The notes: generated from the sequence alone by a model not told the origin. DNA of 64,000 nucleotides from an uncultured Pseudomonadota bacterium (GCA_963847705.1 CAWKBC010000027.1:320001-384000), one strand, 5' to 3'; positions 39,581-49,981 are shown, counted from the stretch's first letter. Numbers and translations are program-made.

Positions 39581-39771
39581 TTGTTCCCCCCTCAGGATTC
39601 CCCTGAATCTGTCTGGATGGCTCCAACGTAGGTCCGGAGATTCCCGAGACGAGGAGAAAACGACGATGGCGGGCCAGAACGCTCCGGCCGCCTCGACGAT
39701 CTGGTCGAATTTACGCTCGAGTTGCACCGTTCGCGTGGACAACCGCCAGCTCGTGCACAGGTTCGGCGCTC

Positions 39772-40803
39772 ATGCCACGGAACGCGGGGCCAGCGAAGGG
39801 GAATCCTCTGTCAGCCCCTGCGCTGTTGCGGTCACTTCCACGGGCCTGGGACCAGCGGCCGATCTGGGCGCAGCTCAACATTACCTGGCGCTGCAACCTC
39901 GACTGCTCGTACTGCACCGAATACGACAACGACAAAGGGGACGTCCCGTACGAGGAGCTCATTCGCCGGATCGACAAGTGCCGGGAGCTCGGCGTTTTGC
40001 ACACCGATCTCATCGGCGGGGAGCCCCTCCTGCACCCCGATCTGGTTCGGCTCTTTCAGCAGATAAAAGCGCGCGGCATGACCAGCGGGATGACCACCAA
40101 CGGATTCCTGCTCACGGAGGACAAACTGGATCGGCTGTTGGAGGCCGGTCTCGGACGACTGCAGATCTCGGTCGACCGTCTCCGTCCGACCCGCGGGACA
40201 CCCAAATCGCTCAAGACCCTCAAGGGTAAGATCGACCTCTGCGCGGGCCGCCCGATCTGGTTTCGGGTGAACACCGTCCTTTGCGACGAGACCCTGGACG
40301 AGGTCGAGGAGGTGGCCGGCTTCTGTTTCGAGCGCGGCGTCGGCGTCAACTTCTCGGTCGTCCACGAGCGCGGCCGGCTGCGGCGGCGGCTCAACAACGG
40401 TCGATATCTGGAGAAGATTCGTTGGCTGCGCGCCGAGAAGCAGGCCGGGCGCCCGGTGGCGACCCCGTTCTTCCTGCTCGATTACTACGAACAGACGCTC
40501 TCCGGTGCCCCGCCAGACTGGACCTGCATGGCAGGGCAGAAGTGCTTCTACGTCGCGCCGGACGGCGGCTTCCACTACTGCGCGCACGTGCCGCCGGCGG
40601 GCGACTTTGCCACCGTCACCGCTGCCGACCTGGTGCTCGGGGGAGCAATGAAGGGGTGCGAGGCCAACTGTGGCGTCGACTGCGTGGTGCACACGTCGCT
40701 CCCCTACTCGAGCCTGGGCGCCGTGCTCACCTCGGAGATCGGCGCCCGCGTCGGCGCCGTCGTCGGTTCCGTCAAGGACGACCTGCTTCGGCGGCTCCCC
40801 TGA
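39772..40803 (+). CDS. Radical SAM protein with C-terminal SPASM/twitch-like Cys motifs
   Basis: CNLDCSYC, GGEPLLHPD, TTNG, C-terminal CMAG..HYC..CEANCGVDC. Confidence 0.85.
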   Translation: MPRNAGPAKGNPLSAPALLRSLPRAWDQRPIWAQLNITWRCNLDCSYCTEYDNDKGDVPYEELIRRIDKCRELGVLHTDLIGGEPLLHPDLVRLFQQIKARGMTSGMTTNGFLLTEDKLDRLLEAGLGRLQISVDRLRPTRGTPKSLKTLKGKIDLCAGRPIWFRVNTVLCDETLDEVEEVAGFCFERGVGVNFSVVHERGRLRRRLNNGRYLEKIRWLRAEKQAGRPVATPFFLLDYYEQTLSGAPPDWTCMAGQKCFYVAPDGGFHYCAHVPPAGDFATVTAADLVLGGAMKGCEANCGVDCVVHTSLPYSSLGAVLTSEIGARVGAVVGSVKDDLLRRLP

Positions 40804-41200
40804 AGACGAACCAACGATTGAGGGGATAGTTCCAGCCCAGATAAACTGCCGTCGCGATCACCAGCTTCGAGGCCGGGTAGGGCAGTCTTCCGAATCGGGT
40901 CAAGAGCCAGACCCCCAGCGTGTGTAAGGCCGAGGCCCCGGCCTGGACCACCACGAAACGTCCGAACGCGGGAATGGCCGGTGAGCCGCGCGCGCCGAAC
41001 GCCCATTGCTTGTTGATCGCGAAGTTGCTCAGCGAGCCGACGACAGTCCCGATCCAGGTCGACAGGACGTAACCGAGGCCGGCGAGCTCGGTCAGGCCGA
41101 TCAGCGTCCCGAAGTCGAGGGCGGTCGTCAGCAGTGACGTGAGGACGCTGCGCCCAAAGATGGCTCTCCCGTTGCCTCCGCGCGCGGGGTCGAGGTGCAC
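40772..41200 (-). CDS. GtrA-family membrane protein
   Basis: TTALDFG, SNFAINKQWAF, SKL..WNYPLNRWFVF, four TM segments. Confidence 0.85.
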   Translation of the reverse strand: MHLDPARGGNGRAIFGRSVLTSLLTTALDFGTLIGLTELAGLGYVLSTWIGTVVGSLSNFAINKQWAFGARGSPAIPAFGRFVVVQAGASALHTLGVWLLTRFGRLPYPASKLVIATAVYLGWNYPLNRWFVFRGAAEAGRP

Positions 41201-41356
41201 CTCTCCAGGGTAGCGTGGCGGAGCCGGTTGAACAGACCGCCGCCGCTGTTATTCCCGCCGACAGCTCTGGCCCTGGCCCACGCCGTGATCACGCAATGGC
41301 GAGCCGAGCGCGATTCGTGCGAGACTCAGCCACTTCCAAAGGAGAGCGACGCAAAA

Positions 41357-42064
41357 ATGCAGATCAAAGGTCCGGGGCTCGGGTGTGTGATGGCAATCGT
41401 GGCGCTGGTCGGCTGCGGCAGCAGCAGCGGGACTGGCGGCACGGGAGGGAGCACCGGCAGCGGTGGCGCCGGGAGCGGCAAAGGCGGCACCACGGGGGGA
41501 GGCGGCGCGTTCACCACCAGCGTTCCCGCCGGTACCAAGGTGACCGGCTTGACCACCGCGCAGGCCGCCCAGCTCTGCAACGACATCGAGAGCTACTTCG
41601 ACAACACCTTTCTGCCGTCCCTGTGCCAGGCCACGTCGTCGCTGCCTGGGCTGGAGGACGCCTATCTCGACCTGCTCCAGAATCCCACGGCGAGCAATGC
41701 CGAGTTGCAGACCGTCTGTGCCAGTGACGCGCAGGACGGCGGCTGTTCGGACTTCGTCGATGCCGGCACCGACAGCTGCGACATTTCGAGTGTGCCCTCG
41801 ACGTGCGAGGCGACCGTTGGTGACTACTCCAAGTGCATCAACGATATGACCACCACCGACGTGCAGTTTTACGCTTCGCTTCCGAGCTGCAGCACGCTGA
41901 CCGCTGCGAGCCTCCAGGCGTTTTTCGAGGCGGACGGCGGCTCCAGCTTCGACGCGCCGGAACCGGCGAGCTGCTCGAAGTTCGATTCGACCTGCGACGT
42001 CGACGGTGGCTCCGGGGCCATCTCGAACATGAGCCGTAGGATGATGCCCAAGCGAAGAAGGTAA
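41357..42064 (+). CDS. Cys-rich lipoprotein of unknown function
   Basis: Lipobox LVGC, Gly linker, [21 protein letters not shown] motif. Confidence 0.7.
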   Translation: MQIKGPGLGCVMAIVALVGCGSSSGTGGTGGSTGSGGAGSGKGGTTGGGGAFTTSVPAGTKVTGLTTAQAAQLCNDIESYFDNTFLPSLCQATSSLPGLEDAYLDLLQNPTASNAELQTVCASDAQDGGCSDFVDAGTDSCDISSVPSTCEATVGDYSKCINDMTTTDVQFYASLPSCSTLTAASLQAFFEADGGSSFDAPEPASCSKFDSTCDVDGGSGAISNMSRRMMPKRRR

Positions 42065-42179
42065 ACCCCGCCAGATCGCCCCTGGCGAGAGGGCACGAAG
42101 ATTCCAATCCGCCGATGGTCTCGGCGGGGCGGAAGGGAAGATCGCGCGGCGGGCGGCGACAAATGGTATTAGGAATTCC

Positions 42180-43277
42180 ATGTCCCCCACCGTCCGTCGC
42201 CCCGCTGGGTCAGGTCTCCTGGCGCTCTCGTCGCTGCTCCTCGCGGCCTGCTCCAGCAACAGCCACCCGGGCGGCGTCTCGACCGGCAGCGGCGGCTCCG
42301 GGAGCGGCGGCGTGACCGGCACCGGCGGCGTGGGCGATGCGGAAACGACCTGTGCCTTGCCGACGACCTTCCACTGGACCTCGGGCGACCCGCTGGCGAC
42401 GCCGAAGGCGCCCGCAGGCAAGACCTGGGTCGCGTTGAAGGACTTCTCCGACGTCGTCTACAACGGCATGCACATCGTCTACATGTCGACCCACGACACG
42501 GCGACGAGCTATGGCTCGGCCATGTTCATGTTCAGCGACTGGCCCGGCGCGAGCTCGGCCACGCAGTTCGTCACGCCCCACGGCGTCGCGCCGACGCTCT
42601 TTTACTTCACGCCGAAGAACACCTGGGTGCTCGCCTACCAATGGGGCTCGACCGCCTTCAGCTACGTGACCTCCTCGGACCCCGCGAACCCCACCTCGTG
42701 GTCCTCCGAGAAATCGCTCTTCGCCGGAACGCTCTCCTCCGACGCCTCCAGCACCGGCCCCATCGATCAGACGGTGATCTGCAGCAGCACGACCTGCTAT
42801 CTGTTTTTCGCCGGGGACAACGGGAGCATCTACCGGTCGTCGATGCCGATCGGCAGCTTCCCCGGCACCTTCGGCGCGCAGACCACGGTCATGTCCGACA
42901 CCACCGCCAACCTGTTCGAGGCGGTGGAGGTCTACGCGATCAAGGGCGCCGGCCAGTACCTGATGATCGTCGAGGCGCAGGGCGCCAACGGGCGATACTT
43001 CCGCTCGTTCACCGCCACCGATCTGGAGGGGGACTGGGCTCCGCTGGCCGCCACCGAGAGCAACCCCTTCGCGGGCAAGGCCAACGTGACCTTCAGCGGC
43101 ACCGCCTGGACCAACGACATCAGCCACGGCGACATGGTCCGCAACAACCCCGACGAGACCATGACCATCGACCCCTGCAACCTGCAGTTCCTCTTCCAGG
43201 GGCGCAGCCCCAGCTCCGACGGAACGACTTACGATCTGCTCCCCTACCAGCCGGGCCTGCTCACGCTCACCCCATAG
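42180..43277 (+). CDS. GH62 alpha-L-arabinofuranosidase lipoprotein
   Basis: Lipobox [87 protein letters not shown]. Confidence 0.93.
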   Translation: MSPTVRRPAGSGLLALSSLLLAACSSNSHPGGVSTGSGGSGSGGVTGTGGVGDAETTCALPTTFHWTSGDPLATPKAPAGKTWVALKDFSDVVYNGMHIVYMSTHDTATSYGSAMFMFSDWPGASSATQFVTPHGVAPTLFYFTPKNTWVLAYQWGSTAFSYVTSSDPANPTSWSSEKSLFAGTLSSDASSTGPIDQTVICSSTTCYLFFAGDNGSIYRSSMPIGSFPGTFGAQTTVMSDTTANLFEAVEVYAIKGAGQYLMIVEAQGANGRYFRSFTATDLEGDWAPLAATESNPFAGKANVTFSGTAWTNDISHGDMVRNNPDETMTIDPCNLQFLFQGRSPSSDGTTYDLLPYQPGLLTLTP

Positions 43278-43298
43278 CCGGCGGAGGCGGCTGCTGGA

Positions 43299-43556
43299 CT
43301 ACCCGGCGTTGTAGACGAGCACCTCGACGGGGCCCATCTCGGCGGCGATCGAGGAGAAGGTCCGCTCGACCGCCGCTCCGTCCGTGACGTCACGAGGGTA
43401 CGCCTTCGCGCTGCCGAGCTCGCTCGCCAGGCCGGCAATCAGATCGGCCGAGCGCGCCAGCAAAGCGACCGAGTGCCCCTCGGCGTGGAACCTTCGGGCC
43501 AGCGCCGCGCCGTTCCCCGGGCCCACGCCGACGACCACACAGACGGGCTTGCTCAT
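43299..43556 (-). pseudogene. Truncated SDR oxidoreductase (N-terminal Rossmann half only)
   Basis: VVGVGPGNGAALARRF..DVTD..LVYNAG then stop. No YxxxK half before the convergent GH62. Confidence 0.75.
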
Positions 43557-43577
43557 GCGGCGAAGCCTGGCGCATCG

Positions 43578-44894
43578 TCAGGAGCCGAGCGCCAGCTCGT
43601 TGAGCACCGGGAGCGGTGGCAGCAGCGCGCTGCCGAGGCGTCGTTCGATGCGCTCGACCAGGTAGGTCGCGTCCGCGGCGACCCCGGAGAAGCGACCGGA
43701 GCCCCAGGTGTGCAGCCAGGGGAGGCCGATGAAATACAGGCCGTCGACCGGCGTGACGCCGCGCCGGTGGGTCGGATAGCCGCGCCCGTCGAAGATCGGC
43801 AGCGAGATCCAGCTGTAGTCGGTGCGGTATCCGGTCGACCAGACCACCGCCGCCAGCGGGGTCTGCGCCAGGTCGAGGCTGGACGTGATCCCTTCTGGTT
43901 CCCACACCGGCCGGTAACGGGCCTCCGTCGGTGCTTCGATTCCCCGGTCGGTGATGAACTTGTCGATGCTGGTCTTGATGCTCTCGGCGACGGCGTCGGC
44001 CTGGTCGAGGTTGGCCTTGAGATCGCCGGCGAGCTCGAGGCGTCCATTGCGCACGGCCGTGAGACGTCCGTAGAGCCGCATCCCTTCCCGGGCCCGCTGG
44101 CGCAGATCGATGTCGCGGCCGCCGTCGCGGCCGGTCACGTAGTGGTTGGCCTTGGCGCGCACGCGATCGTGCAGGGGATGGTCCTCGACCGCCAGGCGGT
44201 AGTACCCCATGTCTTCCAGCCAGTCGACGACGTCGCGGCCTCGATAGCGCCGCGCGGTGCGGGGCGCGCTGCCGACGCAGAGGTGCACGCGCCGCCCGGC
44301 CAGGTGCAGGTCCTCCGCGATCTGACAGCCCGATTGGCCGGTCCCGACGACCAGCACCTCTCCCCCCGGCAACGCCGCGGAGTTGCGGTAGGCCGACGAG
44401 TGGAGCTGCACGATCGATTCGGGGAGCCGCTCGGAGAGGCGGGGGAACGAGGGGGTGTGATAGCCGCCGGTGGCGATCACCACCTCGTCGGCGTGGTATT
44501 CGCCGGCGGTGGTGCCGAGGTCGAAGCCGCCGCCCGCCGCGCGCCGCAAGGAGGTGACCGCCACCCCTTCGCGCAGCGGCGGATCGAACGAACGTGCGTA
44601 GGCCTCGAGGTAGCCGACGATCGCGTCCTTCAGCATGAACCCGTGCGGGTCGGGGCCGTCGTAGGGAAAGCCGGGCAGGCGGCATTGCCAGTTGGGCGTC
44701 ACCAGACAGAAGGAATCCCAGCGCCGTTCGCGCCACTCGTGGCCGATGCGGTGCTTCTCGAACACCAGGTGGTCGATGGCCCGCTGCTTGAGGCAGTAGC
44801 TGACGGCCAGTCCCGCCTGGCCGCCTCCGATCACGATCACGCTGTGATGACGCGCGGGCGCGCCTTTCTCCGGGGACGGTTCGCTGGAGGTCAA
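43578..44894 (-). CDS. nitH: MSMEG_0569-family flavin-dependent oxidoreductase
   Basis: GGGQAGL, RWDSFCLVTPNWQCRLPG, GTGQSGCQIAEDL, NHYVTGRDGGRDIDLR, TWGSGRFSGV. Confidence 0.9.
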   Translation of the reverse strand: MTSSEPSPEKGAPARHHSVIVIGGGQAGLAVSYCLKQRAIDHLVFEKHRIGHEWRERRWDSFCLVTPNWQCRLPGFPYDGPDPHGFMLKDAIVGYLEAYARSFDPPLREGVAVTSLRRAAGGGFDLGTTAGEYHADEVVIATGGYHTPSFPRLSERLPESIVQLHSSAYRNSAALPGGEVLVVGTGQSGCQIAEDLHLAGRRVHLCVGSAPRTARRYRGRDVVDWLEDMGYYRLAVEDHPLHDRVRAKANHYVTGRDGGRDIDLRQRAREGMRLYGRLTAVRNGRLELAGDLKANLDQADAVAESIKTSIDKFITDRGIEAPTEARYRPVWEPEGITSSLDLAQTPLAAVVWSTGYRTDYSWISLPIFDGRGYPTHRRGVTPVDGLYFIGLPWLHTWGSGRFSGVAADATYLVERIERRLGSALLPPLPVLNELALGS

Positions 44895-45187
44895 GGCGTG
44901 GCTCCCGGCGGATCGAAGGCGACGATCGTCACCCGAGAGGTCTCGTCGAAGGCGGCGGCGCGCTCCTCGATCCTGGCCAGCTGATCGAGCGCGCCGGTGC
45001 AGACGTAGCCGTACTTGGCCCGCACCCGCTCCGAGCCGATGTTCAACATCGTGCGGCTGCGCGCCACGAAGTCGGGCAGCGGGTAGTCCTGTCCGACCTC
45101 CAGGTGCTCGCGCACCACCAGCGAGGGCGAATAACAGCGGGACTCGACGCCGTCAGGCCAGCGAACGACGAAGTGCATTTCCGGCAT
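44891..45187 (-). CDS. nitG: MSMEG_0570-family protein
   Basis: MPEMHFVVRWPDG..CYSPSLVV..SERVRAKYGYVC. Confidence 0.9.
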   Translation of the reverse strand: MPEMHFVVRWPDGVESRCYSPSLVVREHLEVGQDYPLPDFVARSRTMLNIGSERVRAKYGYVCTGALDQLARIEERAAAFDETSRVTIVAFDPPGATP

Positions 45188-46349
45188 GGCTGAGGATCCT
45201 TTCGTAACCTGCGAGATGGAGCGCCGCGACCCGCGGCCAGGAGTGGAGCTCGGCGCGCCGCCGCCCGGCCTCGAGCCGGGAGGGGGGCGTCGCCAGCGCC
45301 TCGGCGAGCCCGAGCGCGATCGCCTCCTCCGAGGTGGGATCGACCAGGGTCGCGCAGGAGGCGTCGAGGAACTCGGTGAACGGGGGGCGAGCGGAGGCCA
45401 CCAGCGGAAGCCCGGCACCCAGCGCCTCCAGCGCGACCAGCCCGAACCCCTCTTGCAGCGACGGTGAGGCCACCACCTGGGCGACCTGATAGAGCGCGAC
45501 CAGGTCGGCGTCCGGGACGACGCCCAGCTGGACCACCGCGTCCTGTATTTCGGGAGCCAGCGCCGCCAGCGCCCGCTGGAACTCGGCGCGGTAGGCACCG
45601 TGGTCGAGCGCCGTGGCGCCTCCGACGATCCAGAGCTGGGCCCCGGGATGGCTGGCCCGCAGCCGTCTGAACGCGCCCAGGATGCGCCGGCTGTTCTTGC
45701 GCGGCTCGATCCCGCCCACCGCCAGCACCAGCGGGCCGCGGCCGCCCAGGCGGGCGCGCCACCTGGCCACCCGGGTCGGATCGGCGACGCGGAGGCGACC
45801 GAGGTCGACGCCGTTGCCGACCAGCTCGCATCGAATGCCCAGCGCCTCGACGACGTCTCGCTGCGCGGTCTGGCTCACCGCGAAACAGAAGTCGACCTCG
45901 CGAATCGAGCGCTCCTGGCAGCGGGCCAGCGCCGGATCGGCGAAGGCCTCCAGGTGATGGACGGTGCGCACGAGCGGCGCCGACAGCGGTACGCCCCGCG
46001 CGCCCGCGGTCAGAAGACCGTTCGCGGTCAGGCAGTCTTGCGCGTGATGGAGGTCGTGACGCAATTGAGCGCGCGCCAGGAAGTCGGCCAGCTCGTTGGC
46101 GCGCTGGCGGACCAGCGCCGCGGTGGTGACGGGGGCGGGCGCCGCCGGCACCAGGCGGAGCGCGGCCCGCAGCGGGCGAAAGAAGCCGCGTCCGTCCTTG
46201 TCGAGCGCGTACAGGGTGGCGTCGCATCCGGCGTCGTGCAGCGCGTCGGCCAGCGCGGCGGCGTGAACGACGCTGCCGCGAGGGGCCGTCGAGTAGGTGA
46301 AGATCCCCACCGAGAGGCGCGGGCGCGACGAAACCGGCCCAGCGTTCAT
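45153..46349 (-). CDS. MSMEG_0565-family GT4 glycosyltransferase
   Basis: TYSTAPRGSVVH, HAQDCLTAN, RTVHH, VGGIEPRKN, GGATALDH, EGFGLVALEA. Confidence 0.88.
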   Translation of the reverse strand: MNAGPVSSRPRLSVGIFTYSTAPRGSVVHAAALADALHDAGCDATLYALDKDGRGFFRPLRAALRLVPAAPAPVTTAALVRQRANELADFLARAQLRHDLHHAQDCLTANGLLTAGARGVPLSAPLVRTVHHLEAFADPALARCQERSIREVDFCFAVSQTAQRDVVEALGIRCELVGNGVDLGRLRVADPTRVARWRARLGGRGPLVLAVGGIEPRKNSRRILGAFRRLRASHPGAQLWIVGGATALDHGAYRAEFQRALAALAPEIQDAVVQLGVVPDADLVALYQVAQVVASPSLQEGFGLVALEALGAGLPLVASARPPFTEFLDASCATLVDPTSEEAIALGLAEALATPPSRLEAGRRRAELHSWPRVAALHLAGYERILSHAGNALRRSLA

Positions 46350-47290
46350 CGCCGCTCCCGCACGAACCGGCGCTCGGTGATCAGATCGGCCATGGTCCGA
46401 CCGTCGCTGGGGCGCAGGAGGCGCAGGTGCGTCTTCACCCCGCGCGCCCCGAGGAGCTCGAAGCCGAGGAGGTCGACCACCAGCGGCTCGCCGAGCGGCA
46501 GGTTGGCGTAGAAGAAGACCGCGCGCCGCACGGTGGAGGTGCAGAGGGCCCAGTCGGTGCGCGGCCGCGGCGAGAGACCGAGCCGCTGCACGAGCCCGCG
46601 CTCCGCCGTGTCGGCGATCGTGACGTAAGAGGCGAAGTAGAGCAGTCCGGCGCCGTTGTAATCGCCGTAGGGCGAGGGCTGGTAATCGAACCGTCCCAGC
46701 GCCGGTCCGGTCGTCCGCAGCGACGGTCCGCAGAAATCATCGTCGAGCCTCTGCCCCGCGCGGGCCGCCCTGGCGAGCCGCACCAGCTCGGGCGGGGTGT
46801 CGCCAGCCTCCACCAGCCAGCGCGCCGCCAGCTCGGGCGCGGGGACGGCCATGCGCAAGCCGCCGTCCGGCGCGTGAACGGCGAAGGTGGTGAGCAGCTC
46901 GACCGACGAGCGACGGCCGGCGATGGTCAGATCGATCCGCCCGTCGGCGCAGGCGCGCCCGCAGGGTCTGACGGAGACCTTGATCGCCAGCAGATCGTTC
47001 TCGTTCACCGCGGCGAGCGGCGCCCCGTACCGCGCGCGCAACGCCACCACCGTCGGGTAGAGACGCTGACCCGCCTCGGCGCGAAATCCGTCCGAGGAGA
47101 CCCCCAGCTCGCGCCCGATCTCCTCCCAGTGAAGGTCGCCGCAGGTCCGGTAGAGCCACCCTTCCGATAGCCCGCCGGCGTCCAGCTGAGGCATGCCGAT
47201 CCGGATCCGGCGCGGCGCCGCGGGCAACCCGTCGGCCGGCGCGAGATCGGTCAGCCACGGTCCGGAGGCGCAAAGCGCGGGCGCGCTCAT
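46346..47290 (-). CDS. Pnap_2097/LnmK-like double hot-dog biosynthetic protein
   Basis: RIGMPQL..GGLSEGWL..CGDLHW and PSPYGDYNGAGLLYFASY..AD.AE..FFYANL motifs. Confidence 0.75.
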   Translation of the reverse strand: MSAPALCASGPWLTDLAPADGLPAAPRRIRIGMPQLDAGGLSEGWLYRTCGDLHWEEIGRELGVSSDGFRAEAGQRLYPTVVALRARYGAPLAAVNENDLLAIKVSVRPCGRACADGRIDLTIAGRRSSVELLTTFAVHAPDGGLRMAVPAPELAARWLVEAGDTPPELVRLARAARAGQRLDDDFCGPSLRTTGPALGRFDYQPSPYGDYNGAGLLYFASYVTIADTAERGLVQRLGLSPRPRTDWALCTSTVRRAVFFYANLPLGEPLVVDLLGFELLGARGVKTHLRLLRPSDGRTMADLITERRFVRERR

Positions 47291-48267
47291 GGCGACTGGC
47301 TCCCCGGGCCGAAGCCAGTGAGCGGGGTCCGGGAGAGATCCCAGACCGTGGCCCGCTCGGCGCCGGCGACCAGGGTCAGCGTGTGGCTTTCGTCCACGCG
47401 CCCGACGATCGCCGCGTCGATCCCGCGCGCTGCGAACGCGGCCAGCGCGGCGGCGCTGCGAGAAGGGGCGACCGAGAGCAGGAAACCGTAGCTGGGGAAC
47501 GCCAGCAGCCAGCTCTCCCAGGGGATCCCCGGCGGACGCGGCATCGCCTCGAGCGACAGCGTCGCGCCGACCCCCGAGGCCTCCAGCAACATGACCGCGG
47601 TCCCGACAACGCCGCCCATGCTGATGTCCTTGCCGGCTTCCGCCACGCCGTCCTCGGCCAGCTGCGGCAGGATCTGATAGTCGGCTTGCAGCCGCTCCGG
47701 TGGCGCCTCGGTGCTGGCGTTCCAGAACGGGTAGCGCCCGTGCATCTGGCCGCGCAGATCGACCGCGGCGACGAGGTCGTCGCCGGGGCGCGCGTCGAAG
47801 CTGGTGAGGAGGCGCCGCGCGCGCCCGAGGATCGCCACCGAGAGCGCGGGATAGGGGCTGTGCAGGTTGGTGTGTCCCCCGACCACCGGGACGCCGAAGC
47901 GGGCGGCGGCGTCGGCCATCCCGGCCCAGAGCGGTTCGGCGGTCGGCGCGTCGGTGGCGAAGAGCGTGTCGACGACCGCCAGTGGGCGTCCGCCCATGGC
48001 GTAGATGTCGCTGATGTTGACCATCACCGCGCAGTAGCCGGCGAAGCGCGGCTCACGCGCCACCAGCTCGGGCCACATCCCCTCGGCCGCCAGCAGGAGG
48101 TAGCCCTCTCCGTCGGGGATGGCCGCCGCGTCGTCGCCGAGGCGCACCTCGGCGCTCCCCCAGGGTCCGCCGGGCGCCCGGGGCAGACGGCTCGCCGCCG
48201 CCTGGATCTCGCGCTTTTGCTGGACCCCCAGCGCCTGTCGCAGATGGGTCGCCAGGTCAGGCAGCAT
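47287..48267 (-). CDS. nitF: sll0787-family AIR synthase-like (PurM/SelD fold) protein
   Basis: LGDDAAAIPDGEGYLLLAAEG, MVNISDIYAMGGRPLAVVD, VGGHTN, GKDISMGG, FPSYGFLL. Confidence 0.9.
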   Translation of the reverse strand: MLPDLATHLRQALGVQQKREIQAAASRLPRAPGGPWGSAEVRLGDDAAAIPDGEGYLLLAAEGMWPELVAREPRFAGYCAVMVNISDIYAMGGRPLAVVDTLFATDAPTAEPLWAGMADAAARFGVPVVGGHTNLHSPYPALSVAILGRARRLLTSFDARPGDDLVAAVDLRGQMHGRYPFWNASTEAPPERLQADYQILPQLAEDGVAEAGKDISMGGVVGTAVMLLEASGVGATLSLEAMPRPPGIPWESWLLAFPSYGFLLSVAPSRSAAALAAFAARGIDAAIVGRVDESHTLTLVAGAERATVWDLSRTPLTGFGPGSQSP

Positions 48268-48814
48268 GGTCCTCGGCGAATCGACGGAGAGTTCTGTCGG
48301 CCGGTGATGTCTCCGCGACCGGCGGATAGGCCGCCAGATCGGCCTCCATCAAATGGTGCGGCTGCTCGAACAGCGTCAGCTCCTCCAGCGAGCGCCAGCG
48401 CAGCCGCCGGAAGAACGGGACGTTGGCCTGCTGGACGGTGGCCCGAAACCGCCAGGCGCCCCAGGCGCGCGCGGTGCCGACCGCCGTTCGAATCAACCGG
48501 CGGCCGATGGCGCCCACGGTGCGGTGGGAGAGGTCGACGCCCAACCGACCCCCCCACCAATCGCCAGGGGCCTCCTCCCAGATGCGCACCACCCCGACGA
48601 CGCGGGGCGCCTCGTCGCCGAGCAGGCAGACGATTGGAAAGGCCTCCGCGTCGAGGGGATCGCGATCGTCTCCCCGGAACAGCCGCTGCTCGTCGCAGAA
48701 GATCGATCGCCGCAGGGCGAAGTAGCCTTCGCGTTCGCGGTCCCCACGCGCCAGCCGACAGGTCAGCGTCAGCTCCGATTCGCGCGTTCCGTCCGGAGCG
48801 CCGGCCTCGCTCAT
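48257..48814 (-). CDS. nitE: MSMEG_0567/sll0786-family GNAT N-acetyltransferase
   Basis: [65 protein letters not shown]. Confidence 0.88.
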   Translation of the reverse strand: MSEAGAPDGTRESELTLTCRLARGDREREGYFALRRSIFCDEQRLFRGDDRDPLDAEAFPIVCLLGDEAPRVVGVVRIWEEAPGDWWGGRLGVDLSHRTVGAIGRRLIRTAVGTARAWGAWRFRATVQQANVPFFRRLRWRSLEELTLFEQPHHLMEADLAAYPPVAETSPADRTLRRFAEDHAA

Positions 48815-49968
48815 GACGACGCCTCGTAGGACGAGAGAGCGGAGCAAGCGCCGCACTTGGCGCACCCCGCCTTCCCTTCGCTCGACGACAGGCCCGCTCC
48901 CCTGAGCAACGCTGCGACCTGCCGGTAGAGATCGTCCATCATCGCGGCGGGAGGCGGGGCCGTGTCGGCCATCGGCGTGCCGGCGATCGGCACGAACGGG
49001 ACCAGGAACGGGTAGACGCCCATCGCCACCAGCCGGGCCGCGGCGGCGACCAGGCTGTCCGGGCGGTCGCCGAGCCCGGCGATGAGGTAGGTGCTGACCT
49101 GGCCGCGCCCGAACAGACCGACGGCGGCCGCGAACGCCTCGTCATAACGCTCGAGCGACAGCTCGGCCTTGCCGGGCATGACCGCGGCGCGCACGGCCGG
49201 CTCGACCGCCTCGAGGTGCATCGCGAGGGTGTCCGCGCCTGCCTCCTTCAAGCGGGCGAGCCAGCTCAGATCGTCGGGCGGCTCGCACTGGACCTGAACG
49301 GGGAGCGACGGGACGGCCTGCTTGATGGCCGCCACGCAGGCTGCCAGATGCGCGGCGCCGCGATCGGGTGTGGCCGGGGTCCCCGTGGTGAGCACCATCT
49401 GCTCGATCCCGTCGAGGCGCACGGCGGCCTCGGCCACCTCGGCCAGCTGGGCCGGTGTCTTGCGCGCCAGCGTACGCCCTTCTTTGAGCGATGTTCCAAT
49501 GGCGCAGAAGCGGCACGCCTGCGCGCTGTCGTTGTAGCGGACGCAGGACTGCATCACGGTCGAGGCCAGCACGCGCCGCGCGTGGAGCAGGGCGATCTTC
49601 CAGTACGGCACGCCGTCGGCGGTCGCGAGTCGGTAGAAGCTCGGCGCCGCCGGCAGCTCCACCTCCGCCACCGGAGCGCTCTCGCGCAGGAGCAGCGCCC
49701 GCGGTTGCCGCTCCCCGCCATCGCTCGGAAGCACACGGAGGCGGAAAGGCGAGCGCCCCGGCGCGCGCATCGGAACCATCACCGTGTCCGCCCCGAATGA
49801 GAGCGCGCGGTGGTCGGAGGGCCCGGCGCCGCCCCGACGACCGGGGGCCCCGGCGGGGACGTCTGCCTCGCTCACCCCCATCGCCTGCAGGTCGGCGTAG
49901 AGCCCGATCGTCGGCTGCGTCGTCGTCCCGAGCGCCGCCGCCTCGATGCTGCCGCTGTCTATCGCCAT
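48811..49968 (-). CDS. nitD: MSMEG_0568-family radical SAM protein
   Basis: [24 protein letters not shown], non-canonical [22 protein letters not shown]-terminal [11 protein letters not shown]. Confidence 0.92.
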   Translation of the reverse strand: MAIDSGSIEAAALGTTTQPTIGLYADLQAMGVSEADVPAGAPGRRGGAGPSDHRALSFGADTVMVPMRAPGRSPFRLRVLPSDGGERQPRALLLRESAPVAEVELPAAPSFYRLATADGVPYWKIALLHARRVLASTVMQSCVRYNDSAQACRFCAIGTSLKEGRTLARKTPAQLAEVAEAAVRLDGIEQMVLTTGTPATPDRGAAHLAACVAAIKQAVPSLPVQVQCEPPDDLSWLARLKEAGADTLAMHLEAVEPAVRAAVMPGKAELSLERYDEAFAAAVGLFGRGQVSTYLIAGLGDRPDSLVAAAARLVAMGVYPFLVPFVPIAGTPMADTAPPPAAMMDDLYRQVAALLRGAGLSSSEGKAGCAKCGACSALSSYEASS

Positions 49969-49981
49969 CTCCCTGGTCCTT

